Assembly: GCF_902459465.1 (NCBI RefSeq)
Contig: NC_047075.1
Location: forward strand, 13,020,001 to 13,084,000
Direction: 5' to 3'
DNA: 64,000 bases
Origin: Asterias rubens
Lineage: Eukaryota
Positions 62,286 to 64,000 of the stretch are shown piece after piece (positions within the stretch are counted from its first letter, which is position 1; each line of letters opens with the position of its first letter). A model generated the notes under the pieces. The model had not been told where the DNA came from and did not search any database. It saw only the letters and a list, made by a program, of their open reading frames with translations. A program made the translations under genes and the position numbers.

Positions 62286-64000
62286 CTAGTCAATTTCCCT
62301 GTGCCCTATGGTTTCTGCCATTCACTCTACTCGCCCACTTACTACAGTATTTAAGAAGTAACCAAAACTGCAACAACAGCAAGGAACGAAGTACTACCAT
62401 TCCAACACTACCATTTCATTCCAGATCAACAACGGTAAGAAAAATTCAGTTTTACCAATTCAGTTAGCTCTACCTCCATGGTTAACCAAAGTAAAACCCC
62501 TACCGTTACTCTTAAGTCTGAAAACTACACTCTTTTGCTCTTTACATTCCCTTTCTCGAACAAATGTCCGAGTCCATCCATGCTTTAATTTTTAGAATTT
62601 GCAAAACACAACACATACGTCAGGGCCGCGCCCCCACTCTTTATCATGTTTCTTATACTTATAGTCCTGTCCAGTATCAACAAATCAGGCCACAGTCAAC
62701 CTCAAAGTGTCAGTCACTGTTGCAGCTCTCAATGGTTTGTTTACACAATGAAATAATTTTACAAATGCAATAGCCATTGATAGAGTGATAATTTTATGAA
62801 TTGACAGACTATAAAAAGTTCACATTATTAATAAATTAAAATAAAGTAACTTCAAATGGATGTGTATACATTTCAATACTGTCTAGGCCTATCGAATATC
62901 CAACAAACCAATCTTATTGCTAGGAAAAAACCTACAATAATAATGTTTCAAACTTTCTCAACTTAAGTCCTGATCCTGTAAACATGTTATTTAATTAATA
63001 ATCTGATCACAAAATAAACTAAATTAGAACTTCCATACATGTTTTTATTCTGTGCAATGTTGCTTTAACTTGCATATCTAAGTGTTTATTCTAAGTAATA
63101 GTAATAACAATGTTGTAGTAATAATTTTCAACTGTCACTAAAAAGTATAAGTAAAATATGAATATCCAAGCTAAACTTTATCAACCATATCCAACAACAA
63201 AAATATTCCCTTTAAGATTCTGCTGCAACAGTACCTGTCCCCCAAATTGTTCATAATTGTACAAAATTAATGCCAATTGTAATTAAACCTATAAGCTATA
63301 AATATGCATTCATTTCCCCAACTATTAATTAACCATATAAAAGTTTGTACAACATGTTCTATATGAGATAACACACCCTGCCCCTTCCCTCCAAAAGAAC
63401 AACTAATTGTAATGCAAAAACAAACTAACTAACAAAAACAAAAACACAAGCAAAACTCACTTCTTTCACACAGTTTCTAAAACTTTATGTTATATTCTTT
63501 TTCTCACAAATGCAGATGGCTGATGTTAATATCAAGGTCCTGTCAAGAGAAAAATACAAAACAAAATATGCCTAGGCAATCCAAGTTCTAACAGACAAAA
63601 ATGAGATCAAGGAGTGGTTCCTTTCTGACAGACTGCTGGAACATTTTTAACAAGGTCATTTCTACGAACTTGTGGCATGTAATAGCTTCATTGTTTCATC
63701 CACAAACAAACCAGCATTGAGAGCAACACCTAAAACTAGAGTAAGTATATCATTGCTACCATTAAACAAAACATGACATTGCTTCGCTGGTGCCACCTCC
63801 AGAGCTGCAACAAAGACGCTGCATATCTCCACCCCCGCCCTGGTGTACTCCTAGGCTGAATATTGCGCTGCAGTCTGGTGCCAAAGCCCACACTTCAAGA
63901 AGCTCCCCTCAACAGAGCTGCAAGTCTAAGGACATACAACAAGTCAAGACATAACACATACTCAACATTAAACCATTCTCAACTTAGTTCCTGACCACCA

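Overview
AT-rich, intron-containing metazoan DNA with no prokaryotic features. The repeat families resemble ones I associate with sea stars, which is an inference only. The window is mostly mobile DNA and transposon-associated genes. (1) A decayed ~10 kb Helentron (Helitron2-type) ORF on the minus strand (49427-59468) reconstructs to roughly 3,300 aa: PHD finger, herpes-tegument-type (C76-like) protease, OTU protease, 18-aa repeats, HUH Rep, PIF1 helicase and APE endonuclease. A structurally complete non-autonomous DINE-1/HINE-type element lies nearby (45941-46957). (2) A 3'-truncated Gypsy LTR retrotransposon on the minus strand (~17940-21635) keeps its 5' LTR, a tRNA-Leu-type PBS, gag, protease and the start of RT. 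(3) Several spliced plus-strand genes are missed by the ORF track: a SAMD3-like pseudogene (3291-6774), an open five-exon SET-domain gene start (9809-12197), a broken ParB-like / possibly methyltransferase-like gene (22041-27027), five tandemly duplicated 54-nt phase-1 exons (29251-30133) and an open Myb/SANT-like C-terminus (31156-33148). (4) Many MITEs, SINEs and minisatellites (27, 35, 66, 71 and 208 bp units) fill the rest. All exon models and domain calls were made by eye from motifs and splice signals; no database search was run.
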